DNA of 64,000 nucleotides from NCBI GenBank assembly GCA_041750655.1, contig JBGSYZ010000011.1, forward strand, positions 1,794 to 65,793. The letters run 5' to 3'. The stretch comes from Minisyncoccia bacterium. Its GTDB lineage: Bacteria; Patescibacteriota; Minisyncoccia; Phycocordibacterales; UBA918. Below are positions 37,068 to 47,578 of the stretch, piece by piece (the stretch's first letter is position 1; each line of letters begins with the position of its first letter). The notes under the pieces are model-generated. The model was given only the letters and a program-made list of their open reading frames with translations, did no database searches and was not told the origin of the DNA. The translations under genes were made by a program, and so were the position numbers.

Positions 37068-38306
37068 TTAGCTGGCTTTTACGGTGGGGATATCGCTCCA
37101 GCGTGTGGTTTTATGGCCAGAATTCCAAGCGTTTTTGGTCAGCGCATGCTGTTTATTATTTCCAAAAAACGATACCCCTTCTGAACCAAACTTCTTATTT
37201 ATATTGTCGACTACAGACATAAGTCCACTATCTAATACCGTACCAAACAATGAGCTGGTTGTAGCCGCCGCATCGGTAATATCAAAAATAATAATGCCGG
37301 CTTTTTTGTACGGAATACCGGTGCGGTGTTTGCTTCGCAAACACCGCATTGCTTCAGTTAAAAACACCCGTGTGTCATTGGTTGGCTCACTAAGCAAGAC
37401 ATCTTCATATATACCCTGCATAGCAAAATCACTAAACCGAGATGGTCGTACCAGTACTTTAAACGACCGCGCAACCGCACCCATTTCCCGAAGTTCTTTA
37501 GTAGCGTGCTCAACGTGATGCGCCAGGGCTTTTTCTAAGGAAGATAAATCATCCGTGGCTTCACCGAAGGAACGAGTGCTCATGATGCTGTGTTGGAGAC
37601 CAATTTTGGAATGTAATGGCTCGGCCGGCTTCCCAAGGAGCTCACTTTGTAGTCTGACGCCTACCACCCCGAATACTCTGGCAATCTGGGCAGAATCAGC
37701 CTGCATTAAGTCAGCCGGGGTCGATATACCTGTATCGATACACTTGCGGCTTAAACCGCCTCCTACACCCCACAGCGTCCCTATAGGCACTGACTTTGAT
37801 TCCTTTTGCCACATATCATCACTGAGAATACATACCCCCGGACCCTTCTTAGCGCGGTGATTGGCCACTTTGGCTAAAGTCTTGGTTTTAGCCACGCCGA
37901 TGGAGACTGGTACACCGACTTTTCTTTCAACAGTAGTTTTTATGTGACGGATTGTAGCTTCGCGTACATCCGCCTCCTCCACACTAAAAAATGCTTCATC
38001 TACTGAATATTGCTGCATATTCTCTACTTCTTCTCTCAATACCCGCATTACTCGGGCTGATATATCACGATATAAGGTAAAATTAGAGGAAAATACCACT
38101 ACACCTGCTGCTTCAAACTCCTGCTTAACCTTAAAGTAAGGCACTCCCATGGGAATCCCCATATCTTTGACTTCCTGACTGCGAGCTACCACACAACCGT
38201 CGTTACTCGACAGCACCACTACTGGCTGCTTAGCTAAATCTGGCCGAAAAAGCCGTTCACACGACACAAAAAAATTATTACAATCCAAGAGCCCAACCCA
38301 TTTCAT
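37068..38306 (-). CDS. umuC: Y-family translesion DNA polymerase, UmuC-like (Pol V catalytic subunit type)
   Basis: The ORF track gives 37068..38414. The likely true start is the internal ATG at 38306, giving MKWVGLLDCNNFFVSCERLF... (canonical UmuC/DinB N-terminus). SVDEAF motif present. C-terminal ...TTRWSDIPTVKAS resembles the UmuC tail. Using the internal start removes the 62-nt overlap with the upstream gene. Confidence 0.8.
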   Translation of the reverse strand: MKWVGLLDCNNFFVSCERLFRPDLAKQPVVVLSSNDGCVVARSQEVKDMGIPMGVPYFKVKQEFEAAGVVVFSSNFTLYRDISARVMRVLREEVENMQQYSVDEAFFSVEEADVREATIRHIKTTVERKVGVPVSIGVAKTKTLAKVANHRAKKGPGVCILSDDMWQKESKSVPIGTLWGVGGGLSRKCIDTGISTPADLMQADSAQIARVFGVVGVRLQSELLGKPAEPLHSKIGLQHSIMSTRSFGEATDDLSSLEKALAHHVEHATKELREMGAVARSFKVLVRPSRFSDFAMQGIYEDVLLSEPTNDTRVFLTEAMRCLRSKHRTGIPYKKAGIIIFDITDAAATTSSLFGTVLDSGLMSVVDNINKKFGSEGVSFFGNNKQHALTKNAWNSGHKTTRWSDIPTVKAS

Positions 38307-38352
38307 TAATTTATTATACAAAAAATTGTACTGTTTTATCTCTTTTGAGAGA

Positions 38353-39789
38353 TCAGCGATTTTTAATCGCGTTGTACACTGGTTTATGGCTATCGTCATA
38401 GCGAATGAGACCAAAGAAATTTTCGATGGTATTAGTTGTAGTGCCTAAATCCTTATAACTATACAAAAATAGCGGCCCATCCCAGGTATAGTTTTGAGTA
38501 TCATAAATAGCGTCCATAATTATTTCAGTTTGCAGACTTTCCGTTACATGGTTTGGATACACCCCCATCTTTATGTTGCCGACATCAGAAACCACATTTG
38601 AGCCATTAGTTGGTGCCCCAAATTCAGTGAGCCAAATTTGCTTGGTACTGTCCCCATGGCTAGTCATAATACTGCGCACGCTTTGTTTGGTGTTAGCCAT
38701 TTGTTGCCACGCATTCCAGCTCTTATCATAACTTGGTGAAACCGGGAAAGTGTACGGATGAAAACCAACAGCATCAAAATACGCATTACCTCCTTGATTA
38801 TAGAGTTCATCTATAAAATCAACTGCTGCTATATTTCCGTTTCCGTTAGCAATTGGACCGACTCCACCAGAAATAACAACAGCATGGCTGTCACGGGACT
38901 TAATAGCTCGGTGAGCCGCTTTAAGCACAGCAATATAATCCTCAACATCAGCCCCAGAATTCCAAAATATCTTAATATTTGGCTCATTCCAAATTTCCCA
39001 AGCATATATACCTTGAGGTGAATATCTCTCAACAGCTTTACCAATAAATGCAGCAAACGCTTCTGGATCAGCTGGCGGGCAATGAAGGTCCCATGAACAC
39101 ACTGGGCTACGAGCATATTCGGGTACTAATGACATTACAGGGAGTAATTTTATACCCCTAGCATTTGCCGCTTTTACCAATCTATCTACGTTAGCCCAAT
39201 GATAATTACCATTCTCGTTCCATTGTACTGACCGCCAGCTTAAATCAAAACGTAGCCAAGCAAGCTTCATATCAACAAAATCATCTAGCACAGCATTCAG
39301 TTCTGCATCACTAAGATTAAAAAGTGTTTCGCCCAAAGAGATGCCTAGACCTTGGCTACTAACTACTGGAATAGAAGAAACTAAGGCAGGTGGTACCACC
39401 GTAACTGGTACTATCTTATCTATGCTAACTGGTGGATTTTTAGTACCAGAATTCTTTACTACTTCTGACGGTTTGACTTTTTTTTCAATCTGGCTACTTG
39501 GAATCGAGCTTTCTACCACAGAAGCTGGCTGAGTATCAGAATCAGAAGTCGTAGCCTGTTCTAAAATTACTGTGTGACTCTCATTACTTGACGTAACTAC
39601 AGATGTTCCTGGAGTATCAATATTAGTCCTCTCGTCCACTACAACTGTTTTTGACGTGTTTTCATACACAACTGAGTTAGTAGTCACTACCATTTTGAGC
39701 ACCATAACCGAGACAATAAAAAACACCGCTACAATGAGCAGAAAAACCTTAAACGAATTAAAAAAAATGGCTAATTTTCGGCTTTGCAT
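38353..39789 (-). CDS. Membrane-anchored glycoside hydrolase, clan GH-A TIM-barrel (GH5-like)
   Basis: 478 aa. N-terminal TM (LLIVAVFFIVSVMVL), Ser/Thr/Val-rich stalk, then a catalytic domain with the WEIWNEPN (acid/base NEP) and WLTEFG (nucleophile Glu) motifs characteristic of GH5/GH-A enzymes. Confidence 0.7.
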   Translation of the reverse strand: MQSRKLAIFFNSFKVFLLIVAVFFIVSVMVLKMVVTTNSVVYENTSKTVVVDERTNIDTPGTSVVTSSNESHTVILEQATTSDSDTQPASVVESSIPSSQIEKKVKPSEVVKNSGTKNPPVSIDKIVPVTVVPPALVSSIPVVSSQGLGISLGETLFNLSDAELNAVLDDFVDMKLAWLRFDLSWRSVQWNENGNYHWANVDRLVKAANARGIKLLPVMSLVPEYARSPVCSWDLHCPPADPEAFAAFIGKAVERYSPQGIYAWEIWNEPNIKIFWNSGADVEDYIAVLKAAHRAIKSRDSHAVVISGGVGPIANGNGNIAAVDFIDELYNQGGNAYFDAVGFHPYTFPVSPSYDKSWNAWQQMANTKQSVRSIMTSHGDSTKQIWLTEFGAPTNGSNVVSDVGNIKMGVYPNHVTESLQTEIIMDAIYDTQNYTWDGPLFLYSYKDLGTTTNTIENFFGLIRYDDSHKPVYNAIKNR

Positions 39790-39849
39790 AATATGTGTGA
39801 CTCAAGTATAGTGACCATATTAAAGCATATCAATGTACAATATTAACGT

Positions 39850-41106
39850 ATGATTGACAGAATAATAGGCCTGTACCAGGATAAACTCCTGCAAAATTCC
39901 TTATATTTAATACTCAATTATGGAGCCATGGCTGGCTTTGGTTTTTTCTTTTGGCTAGCTTGTTCTCACTTGTTTACTCCTGAAGAAGTTGGGATTGCAA
40001 CTACTCTCATCTCGGCCATGACACTCATTACGTACATAAGTCTCTTGGGGTTTAATTATACCTTTATTTACACTTTACCCAACTCAGTAAACAGGGATCG
40101 AGAAATCAACAGCGGATTAACATTGTCTTTGTTTATGGCCATTTTTGTGGCTACGTTATACGTAGTATTTGTTCCATATCTTGCTCCAGACCTAAGACTA
40201 ATTAATGAGAATATTTTTTATGCAATTTTGTTTGTTTTGATGGTCACCACAGCATCACTTAATTTACTCATTGATAGCGTGTACGTTGCTTATAGAGCGG
40301 CCAAATATAACTTCTTTATTGACGGAATTATCATGAGTGCCGTCAAACTGGCCCTACCTTTTGCTCTTTTGGGTTTGGGGGCGTTTGGTATTTTTTCTTC
40401 TGCTGGTGGAGCGACTGTGGTAGCTTTTTTATTAAGTATTTACTTTTTAGCTCGAAACTTTAACTATTCCCCACGTTTTTACATACATTTCCCTACTATT
40501 AAAAAACTTTTCACGTATTCATTTTCAAACTATATTTCTCATATTCTTAACATAGCCCCCACTTTAGTGCTTCCTTTAATAGTGATTGATTACCAAGGAG
40601 CTGCTGCAGCCGGATACTTTTATGTGGCTTTCATGATTGCAACTCTACTTTATGCGGTTTCTTATTCAGTGTGCCAAGCTCTTTTTGCGGAAGGTTCTTA
40701 TGCCGAAGAAGAATTTTCGCTTTTAATAAAGAAAACCCTGGCAGTCTTTGCTGCCCTTCTCATTCCAGGAACGATTGTCTTATACTTCTTAGCAAATTTC
40801 GGGTTGAGCATTTTTGGGGCTACCTATGCCAATGAGGCCACCAATCTTTTACAAATATTTGGCCTAGCTTCGATTCCAGTTGCTTTATTTACTCTCACAA
40901 CTGTACTATTACGTATTAATGAGCAAATAAAAGGTTTGATTTTTATTAACATTGTTTATTTTATTTCAATTTCTGGACTAGCTTACCATTGGGGGGATTT
41001 AGACCTAGAGTGGATTGGCTACGCCTGGTTAATTGGTAATACTCTTTCTTTTCTTATCGGTGTTTTGTTTATTTATTTTAATACAAACAAAAAGATCTCC
41101 GCTTAG
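39850..41106 (+). CDS. Polysaccharide/oligosaccharide flippase (Wzx-like, MOP superfamily)
   Basis: 418 aa, about 12-14 predicted TM helices, the LILNYGAMAGFGFFFWLACSHLFTPEEVG N-terminal pattern typical of Wzx/polysaccharide biosynthesis proteins. One of only two plus-strand genes; convergent with the glycan operon. Confidence 0.7.
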   Translation: MIDRIIGLYQDKLLQNSLYLILNYGAMAGFGFFFWLACSHLFTPEEVGIATTLISAMTLITYISLLGFNYTFIYTLPNSVNRDREINSGLTLSLFMAIFVATLYVVFVPYLAPDLRLINENIFYAILFVLMVTTASLNLLIDSVYVAYRAAKYNFFIDGIIMSAVKLALPFALLGLGAFGIFSSAGGATVVAFLLSIYFLARNFNYSPRFYIHFPTIKKLFTYSFSNYISHILNIAPTLVLPLIVIDYQGAAAAGYFYVAFMIATLLYAVSYSVCQALFAEGSYAEEEFSLLIKKTLAVFAALLIPGTIVLYFLANFGLSIFGATYANEATNLLQIFGLASIPVALFTLTTVLLRINEQIKGLIFINIVYFISISGLAYHWGDLDLEWIGYAWLIGNTLSFLIGVLFIYFNTNKKISA

Positions 41107-41112
41107 ACGAGT

Positions 41113-44100
41113 TTATCTGTATATTTTTGCGACACCGTTATCATAAAGAAGCTCCTTTTGATTATCAAAGAAATTAATTGGCAATTCAAAGGTCAGTGGA
41201 TTGGACTTGTACAAGACTGTCGACTGACCTTTAATTGAGTTTGTCTCATCCAAAAACACATAGGCGTCATTACGAATAAGCGGTGGGTAAAGAGTTTTAA
41301 TGACCTGATAGTCATTTAATTCAGGAATACTATCAACTAAGAACGAATCAGCTTGAATTATTGGGTGTTCACCTCGCTCAGCCTGTGGCAAAAGCTCTTC
41401 ACTAAGCCACTTATAGCCAGCTAATTCACCTTGGTGGGTATAATAGCGGTCATAGTAAAAACCAGCATTATTCAAATGAAGCTGTGCCCCGTAACCACCA
41501 AGAGCTTCGGTAGCTACTCCGCTGAGCACCACAAAGAACAACACCGCAATGAAAGTGGCGCATGGAATTTGATACCTCGACTTAACCACTAATCTTGAAG
41601 CTACTAGACTACCAATAACTATAAATACTGACAGGAAAATGAGGGCCTGCAAAAAAGCTCGTAGCAACCCATACTCAACTGATAATATAGGCAAAACAAC
41701 AATCGCAAAAACAAGGATAGCACTCCCGCCAGCCAGGGCCACATACTCAGTCTCAAACCTTTTTTGCAAAGGATTAAATCTAAAGAAATACGCCATTAAA
41801 CCAATTGCTAAAAGAAGTTGAAGTATTTTGGCGGAAGTCTGCTTAAAAAGAAAGTTTAAAGATTCAATATCTACTCCAAAATGTGTTAATGCTCTCCCTA
41901 ATGGACGTGGGGGAATAACATCACCTGGAAAAACTAGTTTAGTTTCATAAAGCGAGTAGACTGATTCATCGTAGTATATTCCTTGATCATTGGTATTTAT
42001 GGTAGGAATAACTACTTTTTCGTTATATTCTTTAAAAAGTTTTACATCATCTGGCTTATCCCATGAAAAAAAGCTATATAAAACATCTCCAGACTGTGTC
42101 ACTTCACCGGCGTTGTTTAAAATTACTTCAATAGTAGAGCTAATTACTCTATACAGGCTATTTGAGGAAGTATCAGTCAAAACACTACTCCACGCAAAAC
42201 TAACTACCGCCAAGATACCAACCATGGTTATTGTTATTCGGTGAGTACTTGGTAAAAGCTCTTTACTAAAAAGTACTTCGGCAATTTTTTCAATAAAAGT
42301 ACCCTCAAAAAACTTAGAGCGAAATAACATTAACGAGTAAGCCACAAAAACTACAAAACTAAGAATGGCAATAACAGTGTAGGTGGTCGAGTAATGAGAA
42401 AACACCATACCAATACCTAAGACTACAAATATTGATTGGCGTACTCGTAAAGAAATCTCGCTACTAAAAATAATATATGTCATTAAAACTAAAAATAGAA
42501 AAGCGATTTCTTGTCGGTTCAGAAATGGCATATCAGCAAAGAAGGTCGGGAATGCCAAAAAATATATAACTGACAGAAAAGCAATAGCAGTGCTGGCGTA
42601 CTTACGAACAATCAAGAAAATAAAAACTGGAACAAGCGCAAAAATTAGCTGAAACAAAATCTTATAAACATAAGGATCTTCAATAGCTAAAAGATTGTCA
42701 AATATAGTGGGGAGAATGGTAATACTTAAACACGCGTTGTAGGCATCCTGGTACACATCAAGTGACCACAATCCAGCATTCTTAGCTAGTTGAAACACTT
42801 TGAATTCTAGTTGAATATCATGCCCAGTTATCGACCAACCTCGCAAAGAAGTCATCAATAGAAGTGCTAGTGAAGTTAGATATATTCCGGCTCCTGTGAT
42901 GAAGTTCGATGCTTTAGTACCAAAGAACAAAAATACCAAAAAATATAGAGCTATTAATATCAACATCACAAAAGTAAGGACTCCTGATTCACCGTTGTTA
43001 AGTCTGATGGCACCCAAAATACTCATGACCACGAATATAATTGGAACTACCGCTGGCCATATCGGACTATTTTTATAGACTGCCTTAAGGCTCTTAAGTG
43101 GTGAAAACGAGAACGTAGCCATTTGTTTATAGGCTGCTATAAACAATACCAGTGTAAAGACTGAAAGAATCCAAAACATAACTTTTCCATCCAACGGTTT
43201 AGCCACCCCAAATAACGGAACAAAAACATTACTAATCAGTCCAACAAACATTAATTCCAACAAACTAAAGCCGGCTGACAAGCCGATAAGTGCCCACGCC
43301 TCAAGTTTTTCTATCTTTAAAATTAAAATGGTTAAGAAACCAGGGATAAGCAAAAGACAAGCGAAACCGACTATGTTTAACACGTTATAACTAGTAACTC
43401 CAAAATTAAACAAAAATCCAAAAACAACCCAACTTATTAGCAGAAAAGCTGCTAGTTTGTTTGAATCGGCCTTAGTCTGTATTTTATTTTTTGCTAAAAC
43501 CACATCATAAACATAAGTAGTTTTCTTGACTATTTCACTCCAGTTATATTTCTGGATATCAATTGATTGATTTTTGCTTATAGTCGCATATAAATTATTA
43601 TCAGATACCATTCTCATCACTTGATGTGCGAATGAAGAAACTGAAAGTTCTGAAAGTAAACCATTATATTCATGGACTAGCACATCTTTAGTTCCCAACA
43701 CATCAGAGGCCACAATCGGCAGACCTTTGGACATAGCTTCCAAAAAAGCCGTGCTGAACCCTTCCATAAATGAAGTATGGATGAAAATATCGGCCGATTC
43801 ATACTCAGCTTCTAACTCAGCTCCCAATTTAGGACCTACAAAAACAACCTCGTTTTCTAAACCGAGACTGAGTGCTAAATTCTCAAGACTTTCTCTTTGT
43901 GAACCTTCCCCAACAATCCTCAGCTGAAAATTAAGTTTCTTAACATTTTTTAGTTCAGCCATCACCTCTAACATGAAAGGATAATTTTTTTGATATTCAG
44001 GGCGACCAACTGCCAAGAATTTTATTGGCTCTGAGATATTGTTTACTCTTAAATTTTGAAGTGAAAAAGTGGTGGCGTTGGGTATAACTTCGATTTTATC

Positions 44101-45750
44101 CTTCTTTATACCGAACTCTTTCTTCATTATGTCGACATAGCCAGGAGTTAACACAATAACTTTTTCTGCACCACTGATGACTGACTTAAGTATAAATCGG
44201 TTATACATTGGTAATAATAATCGCCCTACCTTAGTCGACGGAGCAACAAGCATGCGTATATGAACTATATACTTAAGACCACGTAACCTAGCAATTATAA
44301 ATAAAATCTCTGGAAAATAAGCGTTGGCCACATGGAGATGAATCACACCATCCTTGGGACATGTAAATAAATAAGAAATCAAACCTAAGGCAATTGGGGT
44401 TCTAAATAGAGAAAACGACTTTAAATATGTAACTGCTACTCCAGCTTGTATTTCTTTGCTACACACTCCACCATTATCAGTGGTAACAACTCGAACATCG
44501 TAGCCTTCAGCGGCTGTTTTAGTGGCTAGTTCTTTCACTCTCTGTTCCATTCCTCCATGATGTGGTGGATAGTATGAAACTAAGTGAGTAATAATTTTTT
44601 TTGGTTTGAGTAGTTCATTAAAATTTTTGGAAAAAAGTTCCCCTCTCTTTTTCCATGTGTAACTTTTTTTAGCAGTGGTAAGACCAGCTTGGCTAAAATT
44701 ATCAGCCTTGTTTTTGTCTGTGAGTAACAATGATACCGTAGCAGTTAAGCCTTCAATACTACCAGGCTCCACTAAAAGTCCATTTGCGTTATTTTTAACT
44801 AACGTGGAAACACCCGGAATATTTAGAGCCACTACCGGCGTACCACAGGCCATGGCTTCAAGAAGAACTATACCGAAGGTTTCATTGCTTGAGGGTAAGG
44901 TAAATACCCAGGCTTCTTGATAGATAGCCGCCAAATCTGGACCTGAAAGACGTCCTAGAAACTGAACGTTTTCTCCCAAACCTAACTTTTCAACCTGTTC
45001 TTTATATTCAAGCACCATATTCCCCTCTCCAACTACGTTAAGTTTTATGTTAGGAATCGATGTTTTAATTCCAGCTACAGCTTGGAGGAGAAGTGACAAA
45101 CCTTTATATTGATCGGCTTTATTTAAAGAAGCTACAAAAGCAATAGTTGGTGTTTTGGCTCTTTTGCTTGGTTCAGGAAAAAATATTTCACCATCAACAC
45201 CAGGAGTCGTGATAATTGTTTTTTCTGGGTAATCCTTAATGAAAGATGAGGCAATAAAATCCGAAGTACAAGTTATGAGTTTTGCTCGTTTAAGTAAAAA
45301 TTGTAGAAAAAAGGATTCATATACTCCCACTATTGACCGAGTCATAAGGTTACCTTTTTTCATACTTACTCCGTGGTAAGAAACAACCAGTGGTATACCT
45401 TTTGACATACGCGCGACAATATCACTTAACCCAGGCACTGGTAGATGAACATTTACTATGTCAGGATTTTCATCCTTCAATATCTTCCGCACCTTAAAGA
45501 ACCACGAAAACGCCAATGGTGTATTTGAAACAACTAAGCTTGGTGCTAACCGATAAATAACTTTACCGTCATCTACTTCCTTTGAGTCACTACTTCCTTT
45601 AGTGCCGGTAGTTACAATCACAACCTCCCAATCAAAATGTCCTGATAATTGTTTTGATAACTCTTCCACATAACGTTCAACTCCACCAGTATGTGGAGCG
45701 TAATACGGAGTAGTGATGAGCACTTTTCTTTTTTGTTTTAAGTTACTCAT
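41113..45750 (-). CDS. Fusion protein: two tandem GT4 glycosyltransferase domains plus a ~780-aa polytopic membrane domain (GT-C/ligase-like?)
   Basis: 1545 aa. GT4 domain 1 aa ~8-375 (EAMACGTPVVALNIPG). GT4 domain 2 aa ~388-745 (EAMSKGLPIVASDVLGT). From aa ~765 there are at least 12 hydrophobic helices with large loops (YYDRYYTHQGELAGYKWLSE...). Start overlaps the upstream gene by 4 nt (ATGA). Confidence 0.75.
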   Translation of the reverse strand: MSNLKQKRKVLITTPYYAPHTGGVERYVEELSKQLSGHFDWEVVIVTTGTKGSSDSKEVDDGKVIYRLAPSLVVSNTPLAFSWFFKVRKILKDENPDIVNVHLPVPGLSDIVARMSKGIPLVVSYHGVSMKKGNLMTRSIVGVYESFFLQFLLKRAKLITCTSDFIASSFIKDYPEKTIITTPGVDGEIFFPEPSKRAKTPTIAFVASLNKADQYKGLSLLLQAVAGIKTSIPNIKLNVVGEGNMVLEYKEQVEKLGLGENVQFLGRLSGPDLAAIYQEAWVFTLPSSNETFGIVLLEAMACGTPVVALNIPGVSTLVKNNANGLLVEPGSIEGLTATVSLLLTDKNKADNFSQAGLTTAKKSYTWKKRGELFSKNFNELLKPKKIITHLVSYYPPHHGGMEQRVKELATKTAAEGYDVRVVTTDNGGVCSKEIQAGVAVTYLKSFSLFRTPIALGLISYLFTCPKDGVIHLHVANAYFPEILFIIARLRGLKYIVHIRMLVAPSTKVGRLLLPMYNRFILKSVISGAEKVIVLTPGYVDIMKKEFGIKKDKIEVIPNATTFSLQNLRVNNISEPIKFLAVGRPEYQKNYPFMLEVMAELKNVKKLNFQLRIVGEGSQRESLENLALSLGLENEVVFVGPKLGAELEAEYESADIFIHTSFMEGFSTAFLEAMSKGLPIVASDVLGTKDVLVHEYNGLLSELSVSSFAHQVMRMVSDNNLYATISKNQSIDIQKYNWSEIVKKTTYVYDVVLAKNKIQTKADSNKLAAFLLISWVVFGFLFNFGVTSYNVLNIVGFACLLLIPGFLTILILKIEKLEAWALIGLSAGFSLLELMFVGLISNVFVPLFGVAKPLDGKVMFWILSVFTLVLFIAAYKQMATFSFSPLKSLKAVYKNSPIWPAVVPIIFVVMSILGAIRLNNGESGVLTFVMLILIALYFLVFLFFGTKASNFITGAGIYLTSLALLLMTSLRGWSITGHDIQLEFKVFQLAKNAGLWSLDVYQDAYNACLSITILPTIFDNLLAIEDPYVYKILFQLIFALVPVFIFLIVRKYASTAIAFLSVIYFLAFPTFFADMPFLNRQEIAFLFLVLMTYIIFSSEISLRVRQSIFVVLGIGMVFSHYSTTYTVIAILSFVVFVAYSLMLFRSKFFEGTFIEKIAEVLFSKELLPSTHRITITMVGILAVVSFAWSSVLTDTSSNSLYRVISSTIEVILNNAGEVTQSGDVLYSFFSWDKPDDVKLFKEYNEKVVIPTINTNDQGIYYDESVYSLYETKLVFPGDVIPPRPLGRALTHFGVDIESLNFLFKQTSAKILQLLLAIGLMAYFFRFNPLQKRFETEYVALAGGSAILVFAIVVLPILSVEYGLLRAFLQALIFLSVFIVIGSLVASRLVVKSRYQIPCATFIAVLFFVVLSGVATEALGGYGAQLHLNNAGFYYDRYYTHQGELAGYKWLSEELLPQAERGEHPIIQADSFLVDSIPELNDYQVIKTLYPPLIRNDAYVFLDETNSIKGQSTVLYKSNPLTFELPINFFDNQKELLYDNGVAKIYR

Positions 45751-46451
45751 ACTAGTTGTGAATTAACCACGTATTCAACACCAGGTCGATTGGCAATGTA
45801 TGCCAAGACTTTTTCTAATCTCTCCCAATCGTTATGTCCTTCGACCTCCCAGCTATGTCCCCACAAGTGAAAAACTCCACCGTTTTTTAGAACTTGATCA
45901 AACATAGCGATTGCTTGTCTGTCCCAGTGCAAAAAATAATTCAGGAACTTAAAGGGATTAAATTTTGCAAATTTCATCACCTGAAATATATCAGAGTAAT
46001 GATCATACGTATGAATACTAGTCTTCATTTCAAAGGGTTTTGAAACTGGTGAAAGTGAGAAGCGGCTGACGGTTCGAGCAACTTTAAAACCAAGTTCTTC
46101 AGCCAAGAGCGAGTGTTCTTTTTGGTAAGCACCGCAAGGATAACAAAAACTATATACCGGTTTACCGGTAATTTTTTCAAGATACTCTTTTGATTCTTTA
46201 ACTTCTCGGCGAGCCTCATCGAGTGAAACTTCTGGTAAACGCGGGTGGGTCATGGTATGAGCACCGATTTCAAACGATTCGCTGAGTTTTTTAATTTGCT
46301 CGTCGTTTAACATATTTTCATAAGAAATTTCTCTATCTCGTGGAGAAATATAAATAGTGGCTTTAATTCCGTATTTGTTCAACAAACCACCAAGCTTCAT
46401 ATCAAGCACGTGGCCATCATCCCAACTAGTTGTTACAAACACTTTTTTCAT
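45747..46451 (-). CDS. Polysaccharide deacetylase, CE4/NodB-homology family
   Basis: 234 aa. TTSWDDGHVLD (the TFDDG-type Asp-Asp motif) and HTMTHPRL (His motif) of the NodB homology domain. 4-nt overlaps on both sides. Confidence 0.7.
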   Translation of the reverse strand: MKKVFVTTSWDDGHVLDMKLGGLLNKYGIKATIYISPRDREISYENMLNDEQIKKLSESFEIGAHTMTHPRLPEVSLDEARREVKESKEYLEKITGKPVYSFCYPCGAYQKEHSLLAEELGFKVARTVSRFSLSPVSKPFEMKTSIHTYDHYSDIFQVMKFAKFNPFKFLNYFLHWDRQAIAMFDQVLKNGGVFHLWGHSWEVEGHNDWERLEKVLAYIANRPGVEYVVNSQLV

Positions 46452-47578
46452 ACTATTTTCGTTTTTAACAAACCTTCGTAAATTTCTACAAGATTAGTCA
46501 CTACGTGTTCCCAATCAAAATGTGACGCTGCATAATTCTTTGAGTAATCAGACATGTGCTGTAATTTTTCATCGTTGTGTATTAAAGATGTAATTACCTC
46601 ACGCACAGAATCGGCTGTAGGATTATCAAGTAAGCATACGTTATTCGGATCCAGGTTATAACGCTTATAACCTTCGTCATTGGTAGTTACAATTGGTAAA
46701 CCAACAGACATAGCCTCTTGAACAGATAATGGAAAACCTTCATCTTCTGATGGTAAAACAAAAATATCGGCAGCCTGGTACGCTTGCGCAACCTCGTGTA
46801 CTGGCCGTTCTCCTAAGAAAATAACATTTCTATTAGTTTCTTCGGCAATAGTTCCTCCGCAAAAAACGATTTGGTAAAAGTCACTTTGGGCCTTTAAAAG
46901 TTTTTTATAACCTTTTTTTGGAACCAGTCTCCCTACAAACAAAACTATTTTACGAGTTTCATCTAGACCAAACTTTTTTCGTAAGGCAGCTTTTTCACTA
47001 GCTGAAACTGTACAAAATTGTTCTACATCAACTCCGTTTACAAGTTGTACTAGTTTTTTTGTAGACACTCCGCTATTTAGAATAAACTTTTCAACACGGT
47101 CATTAATCGTGATAATTTTTCCAGCGGTATTAAAAATAAACTTCCCAGATGTAAGATACACTAATTTTTGAACAACCATTACTAATGTACTAGGATGTTC
47201 TATCATCGCTACATGTTGCATAACCACTACTGGTTTTTTATGCCAACGAGCACATACAGCCGCTGCAAACGAACTCATATAAAAAACATCGTGGATATGG
47301 ACCACGTCAGCTGATTTTATGGCCCGATGTAGAGACACACATAAACTGGGAAAAAATATTGGAAACGGTATCCCCCATTTTTCAAAAAAATTAAATACTT
47401 TTACACGGACTACTTTTACCCCGTCTTCATTAGAAAGGCTATCAGACTTTCCAACCGCACTAGTAACAACAATTACATTGTGACCACGTTTAGCCAGTAG
47501 CGTTGCTTGGTAATATGCCACCCTTTCTAGACCACCAAGATGTGGTGGGTAGTAATGAGAAACAACAGTTATGTTCAT
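46448..47578 (-). CDS. Glycosyltransferase family 4
   Basis: 376 aa. N-terminal MNITVVSHYYPPHLGGLERV, C-terminal EGFPLSVQEAMSVGLPIVTT (GT4 E-x7-E region). Confidence 0.8.
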   Translation of the reverse strand: MNITVVSHYYPPHLGGLERVAYYQATLLAKRGHNVIVVTSAVGKSDSLSNEDGVKVVRVKVFNFFEKWGIPFPIFFPSLCVSLHRAIKSADVVHIHDVFYMSSFAAAVCARWHKKPVVVMQHVAMIEHPSTLVMVVQKLVYLTSGKFIFNTAGKIITINDRVEKFILNSGVSTKKLVQLVNGVDVEQFCTVSASEKAALRKKFGLDETRKIVLFVGRLVPKKGYKKLLKAQSDFYQIVFCGGTIAEETNRNVIFLGERPVHEVAQAYQAADIFVLPSEDEGFPLSVQEAMSVGLPIVTTNDEGYKRYNLDPNNVCLLDNPTADSVREVITSLIHNDEKLQHMSDYSKNYAASHFDWEHVVTNLVEIYEGLLKTKIV